Positions 1 through 9,917 of a stretch of DNA of 64,000 bases are shown here, in pieces. The stretch comes from Acidobacteriota bacterium (GTDB taxonomy: Bacteria > Acidobacteriota > UBA6911 > RPQK01 > JADFOI01). The position numbers and the translations under genes were made by a program. How positions within the stretch are numbered: position 1 is the first letter of the stretch; each line of letters opens with the position of its first letter. The notes under the pieces are model-generated. The model searched no databases. It saw nothing but the letters and a program-made list of their open reading frames with translations, and was not told where the DNA came from. The stretch is taken from positions 640,001 through 704,000 of the forward strand of contig OY760074.1 in the NCBI GenBank assembly GCA_963663035.1. Direction: 5' to 3'.

Positions 1-2
1 AG

Positions 3-737
3 CTCTCCGCGGCCGGGCACCTCAACGAGAGTGCGGTTTCCACCCGACTCGGGGTGCCAGGGATCAGCCGAGCAGCTGAAGAACTGGATGTGGCTCGGGA
101 CACTATTTTGAGCCGCATCACCGGTGGACGTGTCCACATCGCCCACCTTTCGACTCAAGAATCTCTTTCTTGGGTACGTCAGGCCAAGAAGCAGGGAATT
201 CGGGTGACCTGTGAAGTCACTCCCCACCACTTCACCCTGAGCGATGAGGATATCAAAGACTATGACACCAACTACAAAATGTATCCCCCATTGCGTACGC
301 CATCCGATGTCAAAGCTATTTTAAAAGGGTTGTCCGACGGCTCCATTGACTGCATCGCCAGCGATCACGCACCCCATACACGTCTGGAAAAGGAACTGAC
401 CTTTGAGGAAGCGGCCAATGGCATCATTGGACTGGAGACAGCAGTTCCGCTGGCCTGGGAATTCTTGATCCGGCGCAAGATTGTCTCTGTCTCGCGTCTG
501 GTTGAGCTTTTCAGTACGAATCCCAACCGAATTCTCAATCTGGGTCGGGGTACATTGAAGGAAGGAGCGATTGCTGATATTACAGTGATTGATCCTGACT
601 GTGAGATAATTGTGGATGTTAAGAAATTTAAATCCAAGAGCCGAAATTGTCCATTTCACGATTGGCGACTCCGCGGGTTACCGGTCATGACAATCGTGAA
701 AGGTAAGATCATCTTTCGCCGAGACACTAAAGTCTGA
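3..737 (+). CDS. pyrC: Dihydroorotase (5'-truncated by window edge)
   Basis: Frame is open from the window start. Motifs HIAHLST, EVTPHH, KMYPPLR, ASDHAPH, GIIGLET and KSKSRNCPF are typical of multifunctional-complex-type dihydroorotases. Confidence 0.93.
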   Translation, partial: LSAAGHLNESAVSTRLGVPGISRAAEELDVARDTILSRITGGRVHIAHLSTQESLSWVRQAKKQGIRVTCEVTPHHFTLSDEDIKDYDTNYKMYPPLRTPSDVKAILKGLSDGSIDCIASDHAPHTRLEKELTFEEAANGIIGLETAVPLAWEFLIRRKIVSVSRLVELFSTNPNRILNLGRGTLKEGAIADITVIDPDCEIIVDVKKFKSKSRNCPFHDWRLRGLPVMTIVKGKIIFRRDTKV

Positions 738-757
738 CCTCTCGGGGTGGAAAGGCC

Positions 758-2572
758 ATGAAGATTCGACCAGTCTATAGGACCCTGTTGATGGGTCTTC
801 TCTTAGTGGGGACAGCTCAGGCCCAGTTGATGAGCGGTGAGCAGCTTGTCAAGATCCAGACCGCACTGTCGGTGGATACTGTTCATCCGGGCAGCAGCTT
901 TCAAGTGGCTGTGATTGGGGATCTGGAAGAAGGCTGGCACGTCAACGCTCACCAACCCACACTGGAGTACTTGATTCCCACGGAGTTAAAGCTGGAACCG
1001 GTTGAGGGTCTCACTTTCGGTGAGATCCAATATCCGGAGGCCGTCCGCCTCACCTTTGCCTTTGCTGCCGAAGAGCTGGATGTCTATGAAGGGCGTGTCA
1101 TCATCCGTTTCCCGGTGAGCATCGCAGGGAATGATTTGCCCGGTGAGAGGGTCGTTCGAGGTACTTTCCGATACCAGGCCTGCAACGATCAGGTTTGCTT
1201 GGCCCCCGTCAGCCAAGACGTTACCATCCCGATTCGCGTTTCCAGCCTGGAGCAACCGAGCCGACCGATCAACCCGGATCTCTTCGGGTCGGTCGCGTCT
1301 CCCGCCTTCTTGGGTCAGAGTGGGGGAGGAGTCCTGGATTCAGCTCAAACGAATCTCGCGCTCCTCATTGAGGAGCAGGGACTGTTGGTGGCTCTGTCCG
1401 CTCTGTTTGTTCTGGGCCTGGCCTTGAATCTGACACCCTGTGTGTATCCCATGATCCCGGTCACTATCGGCTATTTCAGCCGGCAAGCTGAGGGCAAGAC
1501 AGCCCGCGTCTTTGGGCTGGCGCTCATGTATCTGCTCGGCATCGCCGTCACCTATTCCAGTTTGGGAGTCGTGGCTGCCTTGACTGGGCAGATGTTTGGC
1601 GCACTCCTTCAGAATCCCTGGGTCCTGGTGGGCATTGCTTTGATCATGGTGGCTTTGGCGTTGAGTCTGTTTGGCGTTTACCAGATCCAGGCACCCAATT
1701 TCATTCGGCAGAAAGTCTCTTCCAACTCAGGGGGCGGACTACTGGGTGCGCTGAGTATGGGACTCATCGTCGGTATTGTTGCTGCGCCTTGTGTGGGGCC
1801 AGTGACGATCGGCCTGTTGACCTATGTGGGCTCAACCGGCAGTCCCTGGCTTGGGTTCTGGATGTTCTTCACCCTGTCCCTGGGTTTAGGGGCACCCTAT
1901 GTGGTACTGGGGACGTTTTCAGGCGGGCTCAGGAAGTTGCCCAAGTCCGGCCTTTGGATGATTTGGGTTGAGAAGCTCTTCGGCTTTGCCATGCTTGGCC
2001 TGGCCCTGTACTTCACCGCTCCCTTGTTTCCGGATTGGATAGTTCCCTGGATGGTGTTGGCTTTGGCCCTCGTCAGCGGCGTGTGGCTGGGCTGGCTGGA
2101 TAAAAGCAGCAGTGACAGTAAGAGTTTTTACTGGCTGAAGAAAGCCACGGCATTTTGCCTCCTGGCAATCGGTCTTTTTGCCATCATCCCCGAGACACCG
2201 GGTTCCTCAGTCGCCTGGCAAGCCTATGACCCGGCTCTTTTTCAGCGAGCCAGGGAAGCAGGCCGCCCCATCCTTCTCGATTTTACTGCGGACTGGTGTA
2301 TCCCCTGCCGTGAGCTGGACCGGTTTACCTTCAGCGATGAAGAGGTGATCGCTGCTGTGGATCCATTCATGACGCTCAAGGTTGACTTGACACACTTCGA
2401 GTCACCAGAGCTCGTGCCGCTGCGGGAACAATTCAGGGTCGTTGGTGTTCCCACCATTGTCTTCATTGATGCTCAAGGAACTGAGGTCGAGGCAGCGCGT
2501 GTGATTGGGTACCTCAGTCCCGACAACTTTCTTCAACAGGTCAAGCGCGCACTAGACCCCGGAATCCTGTAA
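758..2572 (+). CDS. dsbD: Thiol:disulfide interchange protein DsbD (N-terminal Ig-like, TM and thioredoxin domains)
   Basis: Signal peptide; YQACNDQVC; TM region with LTPCVYPM and APCVGP; C-terminal DFTADWCIPC thioredoxin motif. Confidence 0.9.
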   Translation: MKIRPVYRTLLMGLLLVGTAQAQLMSGEQLVKIQTALSVDTVHPGSSFQVAVIGDLEEGWHVNAHQPTLEYLIPTELKLEPVEGLTFGEIQYPEAVRLTFAFAAEELDVYEGRVIIRFPVSIAGNDLPGERVVRGTFRYQACNDQVCLAPVSQDVTIPIRVSSLEQPSRPINPDLFGSVASPAFLGQSGGGVLDSAQTNLALLIEEQGLLVALSALFVLGLALNLTPCVYPMIPVTIGYFSRQAEGKTARVFGLALMYLLGIAVTYSSLGVVAALTGQMFGALLQNPWVLVGIALIMVALALSLFGVYQIQAPNFIRQKVSSNSGGGLLGALSMGLIVGIVAAPCVGPVTIGLLTYVGSTGSPWLGFWMFFTLSLGLGAPYVVLGTFSGGLRKLPKSGLWMIWVEKLFGFAMLGLALYFTAPLFPDWIVPWMVLALALVSGVWLGWLDKSSSDSKSFYWLKKATAFCLLAIGLFAIIPETPGSSVAWQAYDPALFQRAREAGRPILLDFTADWCIPCRELDRFTFSDEEVIAAVDPFMTLKVDLTHFESPELVPLREQFRVVGVPTIVFIDAQGTEVEAARVIGYLSPDNFLQQVKRALDPGIL

Positions 2573-2579
2573 AGGAAGT

Positions 2580-3081
2580 GCGGGTGTCCAGGAAGGCCAA
2601 GCTCTTCGTTCTCCGCGCCCTTCGATCCTCGACGTAGTTAGTGCCTCGCTTCATAGATACGGTAACATTTGTGGCGAGCGCGACGGCGTCGAGTTCGCGA
2701 AGCGACGACGACGCGATGCCAGAGTGAATCGCGGAGGAGGAGCGACAAAGAAATCGATGCCGTACCGCCGCCACCCTTTGGGCTGATGGGGGTTGCGGGC
2801 GATCTCTGTGTCCCTCGTCGTCGCCGATGTCCCTGACATCGCCTCCTCCCCGCTCCTTGACCTGCCCCATCAGCAAATGTCATCGTATCTATGAAACGAG
2901 GCACTGAGGCTACGCCTGCGGTCGAAGGGCTTGTGCGGCCTCGATCTTGATCGCCTCCTCCCCGCTCCGCCTCGCAAGCCCCATCAGCAAATGTCATCGT
3001 ATCTATGAAACGAGGCACTGAGGCTACGCCTGCGGTCGAAGGGCTTGTGCGGCCTCGATCTTGACCTTCCTGGACACCCGC
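2580..3081. mobile_element. Palindromic MITE-like element family A, carrying a nested family B element and a partial duplication
   Basis: Perfect 17-bp terminal inverted repeat GCGGGTGTCCAGGAAGG (2580-2596) / CCTTCCTGGACACCCGC (3065-3081). The same element forms the 168-bp array unit at 22819-23490. Confidence 0.75.
2641..2904. mobile_element. MITE-like element family B (~264 bp)
   Basis: ~31-bp imperfect TIR GTGCCTCGCTTCATAGATACGGTAACATTTG / CAAATGTCATCGTATCTATGAAACGAGGCAC. The body is homologous to 41659-41931 in reverse orientation. Confidence 0.75.
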
Positions 3082-3088
3082 CACGAAT

Positions 3089-3382
3089 CTAGTCCTGGAG
3101 GTTGACGATAATGTCACCCGGGCGAGCGAGGTTGTATCGTTCTCGAGCAATTCGCTCGATCTCGTAGGGGTCGGTCTTGAGCTTGTTGATGGTCTGGAGG
3201 TATTCGCTGTGTCTCTGTCTCAGACGGTGATTTTCCATTTGCAATCCCTGTAGCTGTGCCCGATACTTGCGCAGTTGTATCAAACCCCCGTCCCCAAAAA
3301 GCAGGAGGCACATTAACAGGAGACAACTCGTGAAGAGTAGAATCCAGGAGAGTTCCCGTCTGGCTTTCCGACTAAAGTTCAT
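3089..3382 (-). CDS. ftsB: Septum formation initiator (FtsB/DivIC family)
   Basis: Single TM helix, then FGDGG, a coiled coil and DPYEIERIARERYNLARPGDII. Confidence 0.85.
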   Translation of the reverse strand: MNFSRKARRELSWILLFTSCLLLMCLLLFGDGGLIQLRKYRAQLQGLQMENHRLRQRHSEYLQTINKLKTDPYEIERIARERYNLARPGDIIVNLQD

Positions 3383-3393
3383 CCCCAATTCCA

Positions 3394-3726
3394 ATGTCTA
3401 AAAGCTATCTTTTGCTCTCGACCATTGACAGCAGCGAGGGGGCTGAGCGAATCGCTCAGCATCTGGTAGAGGAACAACTCGCAGCCTGCGTCAATATTAT
3501 TCCGAAAATCACGTCGGTATACAAGTGGAAGGGGGCTTTGGAGCGTGCTACTGAGTACCTGATGATCCTCAAGACCAGCGAGGATCGATTGCCACAACTG
3601 ATCCATCGGATCAAAGAACTCCATCCTTATGAGGTGCCAGAGGTTATTGCTTTTGCCATCGAGCATGGCTATCCACCCTACCTGGAGTGGATCGTCTCGC
3701 AAACGAGAGAAGTGGACAAGCCGTGA
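3394..3726 (+). CDS. cutA: Divalent-cation tolerance protein CutA
   Basis: LVEEQLAACVNI, SVYKWKG and LHPYEVPEVI motifs. Confidence 0.93.
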   Translation: MSKSYLLLSTIDSSEGAERIAQHLVEEQLAACVNIIPKITSVYKWKGALERATEYLMILKTSEDRLPQLIHRIKELHPYEVPEVIAFAIEHGYPPYLEWIVSQTREVDKP

Positions 3727-3763
3727 CGCCTGTATCGGCTTTAACCTGAACTGGAAGAGAGAG

Positions 3764-3937
3764 CTAGGACTCGGATTCCTCTTTGGTCTTTTCTTCGTGA
3801 CCGCTTTTGAGAGAGTTTTTGAAGTTCTTAATGCCCTCTCCTAAGCCCTTTCCGAGTTGTGGAAGACGACTGGCTCCGAAGATCACAATCACAATCAGGA
3901 GAATTATGACTAATTCTGACATTCCAAGGCCACCCAT
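3764..3937 (-). CDS. tatA: Twin-arginine translocase TatA/E (57 aa, absent from the ORF track)
   Basis: Manual translation gives [44 protein letters not shown]...; GAGGT SD upstream. Confidence 0.9.
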   Translation of the reverse strand: MGGLGMSELVIILLIVIVIFGASRLPQLGKGLGEGIKNFKNSLKSGHEEKTKEESES

Positions 3938-3993
3938 ATTTTTATACCTCGACTGTGTTTCTTATCCTATACCTAAACTGGCTTACCTGTCAA

Positions 3994-5928
3994 TCACAGC
4001 ACAACTCGCTTGTCACCCATACGTCGCGTGATTCGTTTGCGGTCCAGGAACTCCAGGAAGGGAATCGCGTATTTGCGGCTGATCTTAAAGAGGTCTTTGA
4101 ACTCGGGTACTGTGAAGGTTTGGCCACTGGGAAAGGACTCTTTCAGCTGGGTTGTGAGAGACGTGATCTGGTCGGGTGAAAGAACGATATTTTCGCTTAC
4201 CCGGACCAGCTCCCCTTGCTGTAAGAGGAAGAAATACACATCGCGCACCAGGCCCGGTTCATAGGGGAGTTTTCGCAGGAGCTCATCTAACCTGGGTGCT
4301 TGCAGACCCGTTTTTCTGATCAGCTCTAAAATGTGTTCTCTCGCCTTGTCCTGCTCCGGGCTCAGCACGACCTGTTGGTCCTGCTGTGACACAGAGCTGC
4401 CCTTGATCTGAAGCTTTCCCTCATCTTCCAGCTGTTTGAGGACGAAAGTACAATAGGAACTCTTGGTTTTCCCGAAGAATCGCTCCTTGAGTTCCTCTCG
4501 AGGGACACCCGCAATCAAGGGATTTCTCGAGTGAAAGTTGGCCAGGAACTCGATGATCTGTACCTTGAGCTTGTCGAGCGCCTGTCGGAACACGGCTAGT
4601 CGCGGCTCTTGAGAGATCAAGACCACGGAGTCCAGTCCCTTTAAGAGATCGAACAGGTAATCTTCCAGAAAACCGGTGCGGGATACCAGTTCGGGCAGGT
4701 TTATACCTGAGGAATGGCGCAATTTGACAAAGTATTCGACCAAGGCCCTATCGAGGTGTGGATCCTTGGTTTTGAGCATTGACCACAGCTTTCTTAGCTC
4801 CACAACGTCACGGGCCATGTCCTTCTTCCGATGTTTCTGGGGAAAAGCGTCCAGAATGACACCACCGCCCATGGTTGTCATTGGTGAGTAACGACGTAAG
4901 ATGAAGTGATCTTTGGGGCAACACACTGTAGGACTTTGCAGTCGCAGTTGAGCCAGGACTGCGTCACCCGGGCGAAGTTGGTTGCTTTCAAGCAGGTAGA
5001 GTCGACCAAGCAGTTCAGCACTTCCGTGGTGGAAGCGGATGGCACTGCGGTGTTTGAGTACCTTGGAAGCATTTGGTAGTAAGTGGACGATGACATCAAG
5101 CATGGAGGAAGGCGCAAAAGTGTTGGAGGGAGAAATCAACATTCCTCTTTGCAGCTCTTCTGTTTCCAGTCCGCTCAGGTTCAATGCGGTCCTCTGACCG
5201 GCGCTGGCCAGGTCGGCCTTCTGGTTAAAAATCTCGATACCTCGGACTTTTCCTGCCTTTTGGGTGGGATGCACGGTCACTGTATCTCCCTTCTTCAAAA
5301 CTCCGCAGTAAGGGGTGCCAGTGACCACAGTTCCAAATCCTTTGATCGTGAAAACACGGTCCACGGGAAGACGGAAAACCTGCTGGGCACTTTGGGCCGC
5401 AGTGACGGCCTGCTTTGATTTCTCGATTTCTTCAAGCAGGGTCTCCCTGAGAGCTTCCATGCCCTCCCCCGACAGGCTATCAACGGTTACGATGGGAGAC
5501 TTCTCAAACTGGCTGCCCTGAACGAGTTCCCGAACTTCAGCTTCAACCAGGTCAAGCAGCTCTGCTTCAACCAGATTTTTTTTCGTGATGGCGATGATCC
5601 CTCTGGGAATTTCAAGAAGTTTGCAAATCTGGAAATGCTCGATGGTTTGAGGCATCACCGATTCATCGGCCGCCACCACCAGAAGCACCAGGTGAACCCC
5701 GCCGATCCCTGCCAGCATATTCTTGACAAACTTTTCGTGTCCCGGGACGTCTATGAAACCCACGCGCGAAGGGCCCAGTTCCATGTGAGCAAAGCCGATG
5801 TCGATGCTAATACCACGACGCTTTTCTTCTTCCAGCCGGTCGGTATCAATGCCGGTCAAAGCTTTCAGCAGCGTGGTTTTACCATGGTCAATATGGCCTG
5901 CTGTCCCGACGATCACGTCCTTCATCAA
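3994..5928 (-). CDS. selB: Selenocysteine-specific elongation factor SelB
   Basis: [25 protein letters not shown] and [12 protein letters not shown]; C-terminal winged-helix [13 protein letters not shown]...TRRMGDKR. Confidence 0.95.
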   Translation of the reverse strand: MMKDVIVGTAGHIDHGKTTLLKALTGIDTDRLEEEKRRGISIDIGFAHMELGPSRVGFIDVPGHEKFVKNMLAGIGGVHLVLLVVAADESVMPQTIEHFQICKLLEIPRGIIAITKKNLVEAELLDLVEAEVRELVQGSQFEKSPIVTVDSLSGEGMEALRETLLEEIEKSKQAVTAAQSAQQVFRLPVDRVFTIKGFGTVVTGTPYCGVLKKGDTVTVHPTQKAGKVRGIEIFNQKADLASAGQRTALNLSGLETEELQRGMLISPSNTFAPSSMLDVIVHLLPNASKVLKHRSAIRFHHGSAELLGRLYLLESNQLRPGDAVLAQLRLQSPTVCCPKDHFILRRYSPMTTMGGGVILDAFPQKHRKKDMARDVVELRKLWSMLKTKDPHLDRALVEYFVKLRHSSGINLPELVSRTGFLEDYLFDLLKGLDSVVLISQEPRLAVFRQALDKLKVQIIEFLANFHSRNPLIAGVPREELKERFFGKTKSSYCTFVLKQLEDEGKLQIKGSSVSQQDQQVVLSPEQDKAREHILELIRKTGLQAPRLDELLRKLPYEPGLVRDVYFFLLQQGELVRVSENIVLSPDQITSLTTQLKESFPSGQTFTVPEFKDLFKISRKYAIPFLEFLDRKRITRRMGDKRVVL

Positions 5929-5991
5929 TTGTCTCTAGAATTCATCTTGAATATCTCGGTACAATGTTAATGGTTGGAGTGTTTTACAGGA

Positions 5992-7323
5992 ATGTTAGGT
6001 AACTTATCAACCAAATTACAGAGAATTCTCCGCGACCTCAAGGGCGAGGGACGCGTTGCTGAACGCCACATCCAGGTGGCGATGCGAGAAATTCGCATTG
6101 CACTCCTGGAGGCAGACGTTCACTTCAAGGTGGTCAAGGAGTTCGTGTCGCGGGTCAAGGAGAGAGCCCTTGGGCAAGAGGTGCTTCGCAACCTGATGCC
6201 AGGCCAGCAGGTGGTCAAGATTGTTCTAGACGAACTTGTGGAACTCTTCGGACGGGAAGAGGCCGACCTGAGCTTTTCCAAGCTTTCCCCCAGCGTAATA
6301 TTGTTGGTTGGTTTGCACGGAAGTGGCAAAACGACGACCACCGGTAAGTTGGCTCTCTGGCTGAAGAAGAAAGGACACCAACCACTTATGGTCTCGACCG
6401 ACGTGCACCGTCCTGCCGCCATAGAGCAACTGTCGGTTATCGCAAGTGAAATCGAGATAGGGGTGTACGAGGACAAAGGTAGTGACGCTGTGGAACGGGC
6501 CAAAAAGGCTCTAGAGCACACTCGCAACACGGGTTTCGACATTCTCCTCATTGACACAGCTGGACGGCTGCACAGTGACGCGGATCTGATGACGGAGTTG
6601 GGCCGGATGGCCGAAGCAGTCAATCCAACAGAAGTTTTACTGGTTGCCGATGCCATGACCGGGCAGGATGCAGTGAACTCCGCCAGGGAGTTTAACCAGT
6701 GCCTGAATCTCTCTGGAGTGGTCTTGACAAAGATGGACGGAGATGCACGTGGTGGAGCTGCACTTTCAATCAAGACGGTGACGGGGACGCCCATCAAGTT
6801 TATCGGTGTGGGCGAGAAGTACGAGGCATTGGAAGTCTTTCATCCGGAAGGAATGGCTAGTCGCATCCTGGGGATGGGTGATGTGCTCAGCTTGATCGAT
6901 AAGGCTCAAGAGGTTGTGGATGAAGATCATGCTCGAGACATGCTCAAAAAGTTGCAACGAAACGACTTCACCCTGGAGGACTTCCGTGAACAGCTGAAGC
7001 AGTTGAGGCGGTTAGGTCCGCTGGAGCAGGTGTTAGGGATGCTTCCCCAGGTTGGTTTCCTAAAGGGAGTCAAGAATATGCAGCTGGATGAGAAGCAACT
7101 GGCGCATCTAGAAGCAATTATTAGCTCTATGACAGCGAAGGAAAGGGCCGCTCACAAGATCATCAACTCGTCACGGCGTAAGAGAATTGCCAAGGGTAGT
7201 GGTAGACCTGTTTCTGAGGTGAATCGTTTACTGAGGCAATATGTTCAGACAAAAAAAATGCTTACCAAGGTGGGTAAGAGCTTTTCTTCCAAAGGGTTAT
7301 CAAAACTAGGCTTTCCCATCTAG
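5992..7323 (+). CDS. ffh: Signal recognition particle protein Ffh
   Basis: ALLEADV, GSGKTTT, DTAGRL, DAMTGQDA, TKMDGDARGG and an M-domain with SRRKRIAKGSG. ATG at 5992 preferred over TTG at 5974. Confidence 0.96.
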   Translation: MLGNLSTKLQRILRDLKGEGRVAERHIQVAMREIRIALLEADVHFKVVKEFVSRVKERALGQEVLRNLMPGQQVVKIVLDELVELFGREEADLSFSKLSPSVILLVGLHGSGKTTTTGKLALWLKKKGHQPLMVSTDVHRPAAIEQLSVIASEIEIGVYEDKGSDAVERAKKALEHTRNTGFDILLIDTAGRLHSDADLMTELGRMAEAVNPTEVLLVADAMTGQDAVNSAREFNQCLNLSGVVLTKMDGDARGGAALSIKTVTGTPIKFIGVGEKYEALEVFHPEGMASRILGMGDVLSLIDKAQEVVDEDHARDMLKKLQRNDFTLEDFREQLKQLRRLGPLEQVLGMLPQVGFLKGVKNMQLDEKQLAHLEAIISSMTAKERAAHKIINSSRRKRIAKGSGRPVSEVNRLLRQYVQTKKMLTKVGKSFSSKGLSKLGFPI

Positions 7324-7369
7324 AGGCTCTCTGATAGAATACTGTCGCATTAGCAAGGAGGAATAGTAG

Positions 7370-7612
7370 GTGTTAAGAATTCGTTTGAGTCGGCACGGAA
7401 GAAAAAAGAAGCCTCATTATCGAGTCGTGGTTGCTGAAAAGCACAAACCGAAAGAGGGGCGATTTGTTGAAATAGTTGGTTATTACACGCCAACTCCGAA
7501 ACCGGTTCAACTCAAGTTGGACCTTGACAGGATTGATTATTGGGTCAAACAAGGTGCACAACCCTCCGACACAGTCAGAATCTTGATCAGGAAGGTCAGA
7601 CAGGCTCCATGA
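7370..7612 (+). CDS. rpsP: 30S ribosomal protein S16
   Basis: IRLSRHGRKKKPHYRVVV...GAQPSDTV; conserved position after ffh. Confidence 0.96.
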   Translation: MLRIRLSRHGRKKKPHYRVVVAEKHKPKEGRFVEIVGYYTPTPKPVQLKLDLDRIDYWVKQGAQPSDTVRILIRKVRQAP

Positions 7613-7714
7613 TTTAGGGAGATCTGGTGTTTTCGCGCGTCATTCATTTTTGAGCTTGATGAGGGAACTCTCCGAATTCCCTCGTTGGATACTCTCAACT
7701 TCACAGGAGGAGAA

Positions 7715-7945
7715 ATGAAAGAGCTTGTTGAAATGATCGCGAAAGCTTTGGTGGACAGTCCTGATGAGGTCAAGGTGACGGAGGTTTCGGGTGAACAGAC
7801 CACGGTTCTTGAGCTGAAGGTAGCTCAGTCGGATCTTGGTAAAGTGATTGGGAAAAAGGGGCGGACGGCCAGCTCTATTCGAACCCTTCTGGGAGCTGCA
7901 GGAATGAAGCTCCGAAAAAGATTCGTCTTGGAGATTCTGGAGTAG
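7715..7945 (+). CDS. khpA: KH-domain RNA-binding protein KhpA/YlqC
   Basis: [14 protein letters not shown]...[13 protein letters not shown]; AGGAGG SD; lies between rpsP and rimM. Confidence 0.92.
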   Translation: MKELVEMIAKALVDSPDEVKVTEVSGEQTTVLELKVAQSDLGKVIGKKGRTASSIRTLLGAAGMKLRKRFVLEILE

Positions 7946-8461
7946 TTGGTTCTGTTTGCCAGCATTGCCCGAATCGTCAAACGACGCGGCGTTCGAGGCG
8001 AAGTCGCGGCGGAACTTTTGACCGATTTCCCCGAGCGTTTTTCCTCCCTGAATGAGATTCGTATTTCCAATGAGGGGAGGGAGTACTGGGAGGAGATCGA
8101 GAAACACTGGTTCCACAAGAACCGGGTCATTCTCAAGTTCCGTGGGCGTGATCGTCCTGAAGACATTGAGGAGCTCATAGGTGGTGAGCTTCAGATTCCC
8201 GACGATCAACGTGTTTCGCTCCCGAAAGGCAGCTACTATCACTCCGATCTCATTGGATGCAGAATCCTGGAGAGGGGAGAATTGATGGGTAGTGTGACCG
8301 GGATTTTGGAAACGGGAGCTGCAGGTTGCAATTTGGTGGTGACAAAGCCTGATGGAGGGGAATTTATGGTCCCCATGGTGCGAGAGTTAGTGTTGGATAT
8401 CGATGTCAGCGAGAAAGAGATCCAGGTGGATCTCCCGACGGGACTAGCGGCCGATTTGTAA
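7946..8461 (+). CDS. rimM: 16S rRNA processing protein RimM
   Basis: GVRGEV...LTDFPERF and YYHSDLIGC; operon position. Confidence 0.92.
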   Translation: MVLFASIARIVKRRGVRGEVAAELLTDFPERFSSLNEIRISNEGREYWEEIEKHWFHKNRVILKFRGRDRPEDIEELIGGELQIPDDQRVSLPKGSYYHSDLIGCRILERGELMGSVTGILETGAAGCNLVVTKPDGGEFMVPMVRELVLDIDVSEKEIQVDLPTGLAADL

Positions 8462-8494
8462 GCGCGGATTCATGAGCTTGTGGCGGGTGCCATT

Positions 8495-9175
8495 ATGTTG
8501 ATCAACATCGTGACGATTTTTCCCGATTTCTTCGGTGGAGTTTTTGATTTCGGCATGATCCAGCAGGCCCGGAAAAAGGGGCTTCTTGAGACGAAAATGG
8601 TGGATCTGCGAGAGTTTGCAACGGATAAAAGAGGAACAGTTGATGATCGTCCCTACGGCGGAGGTGAGGGGATGGTGCTCAAGCCGGAGTTGATTTTTAG
8701 GGCCGTGGAGAAATGTCAGCAGGAATCCGGTCACAGAGGGCACACTATCTTACTCTCGCCGCAGGGGAAGCGATTTGATCAGCAGAAGGCAAAGGAGTTA
8801 TCTTTGAAGGCCGATCTGACACTGATCTGCGGTCGTTACGAGGGCGTGGATCAACGGGTGGCTGACAATTTGGCCGACGAAGAGATTTCGGTGGGCGATT
8901 TTGTTCTCTCAGGAGGGGAGTTTGCAGCTTGTCTGATTGTTGATGCAGTTTGCCGCCTGATTCCGGGCGTGGTGGGGAAAGGAACTTCTGTTTTGGAAGA
9001 ATCTTTTATGGATGGACTTCTTGATTGTTCCCACTATACCCGGCCCGCAGCCTTTCGAGGATGGGAAGTGCCTGAGGTGCTTCTCTCCGGTGATCATGAG
9101 CGAATCCAGCAATGGAGGCGTCAACAGGCCCTGAAGCAAACTCAAGAAAAAAGACCGGATCTGTTGAGAAAATAG
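8495..9175 (+). CDS. trmD: tRNA (guanine37-N1)-methyltransferase
   Basis: VDDRPYGGGEGMVLK, LICGRYEGVDQRV, SVGDFVLSGGE and HYTRP. Confidence 0.96.
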   Translation: MLINIVTIFPDFFGGVFDFGMIQQARKKGLLETKMVDLREFATDKRGTVDDRPYGGGEGMVLKPELIFRAVEKCQQESGHRGHTILLSPQGKRFDQQKAKELSLKADLTLICGRYEGVDQRVADNLADEEISVGDFVLSGGEFAACLIVDAVCRLIPGVVGKGTSVLEESFMDGLLDCSHYTRPAAFRGWEVPEVLLSGDHERIQQWRRQQALKQTQEKRPDLLRK

Positions 9176-9207
9176 ACACGTGAGTTGGAAAAAACCTAAG
9201 GAGCGAT

Positions 9208-9552
9208 ATGAACTTGGTGGATAAAGTTGAGCAGAAACATATGAACCGGGAGATTCCTGATTTCAAGTCAGGAGACACGGTTCGAGTGAATGTGAAGATC
9301 AAGGAGGGAGACAAGGTTCGAATTCAGGTATTCGAAGGGGTGGTCATAGCCATCAAGAGAAAAGCCTTGAGCTCCACTTTCACTGTCCGGAAGGTTTCTT
9401 TCGGGTACGGAGTTGAGAGGATTTTTCCCCAATACTCTCCGATGATCGAAAGTATCGAGGTGGTCAAAAGAGGGCGGGTACGACGCGCGAAACTGTACTA
9501 TTTGCGAGAGCGCAAAGGGAAGGCAGCTCGGATAAGAGAACTCAGACGGTGA
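9208..9552 (+). CDS. rplS: 50S ribosomal protein L19
   Basis: GDTVRV...[10 protein letters not shown]...GVERIFP...[12 protein letters not shown]. Confidence 0.97.
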   Translation: MNLVDKVEQKHMNREIPDFKSGDTVRVNVKIKEGDKVRIQVFEGVVIAIKRKALSSTFTVRKVSFGYGVERIFPQYSPMIESIEVVKRGRVRRAKLYYLRERKGKAARIRELRR

Positions 9553-9674
9553 CCGATCAGTGGCTATTAGCCCTTCCCATCAAGCGGGTTCCGACTCATC
9601 TCCTAGTTATCCGCTGTCGCCGGTGATTTCCTCAAGACCGTCTAACCGAACCTTGCCCATTTTTCTCCAGTAGC

Positions 9675-9917
9675 ATGGTCAACAAAGTCCTGTTTGTCGT
9701 TTATGTTCTTTACTGTCTTGAAGTAGGGATCTTCCTCCTCGTCTTTCCTTGGATGCGTCTGTGGGACCAGAATCTTCTCCTGCAATATTCTTCGTATGTC
9801 AGATTTCTTTTCCTCAATGACTTTTTCCGAGGCGCAGTCTCCGGGCTGGGTATTGCCAACCTTATTCTAGGGATTTGGGAAATTGCTCACTTTCAGGGAT
9901 ATTTTAAAAAGGCATAA
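9675..9917 (+). CDS. Small hypothetical membrane protein
   Basis: Two hydrophobic segments (CLEVGIFLLVFPW...RGAVSGLGIANL); co-oriented and overlapping the next gene. Confidence 0.65.
   Translation: MVNKVLFVVYVLYCLEVGIFLLVFPWMRLWDQNLLLQYSSYVRFLFLNDFFRGAVSGLGIANLILGIWEIAHFQGYFKKA

Noticed and set aside
2541-3150. ORFs 2541-2876, 2638-3150 and 2651-2839 (and similar ORFs at 41584-41994)
   Set aside because: They are translations of MITE A/B sequence. Their mutual similarity reflects the DNA repeat, not a protein family.
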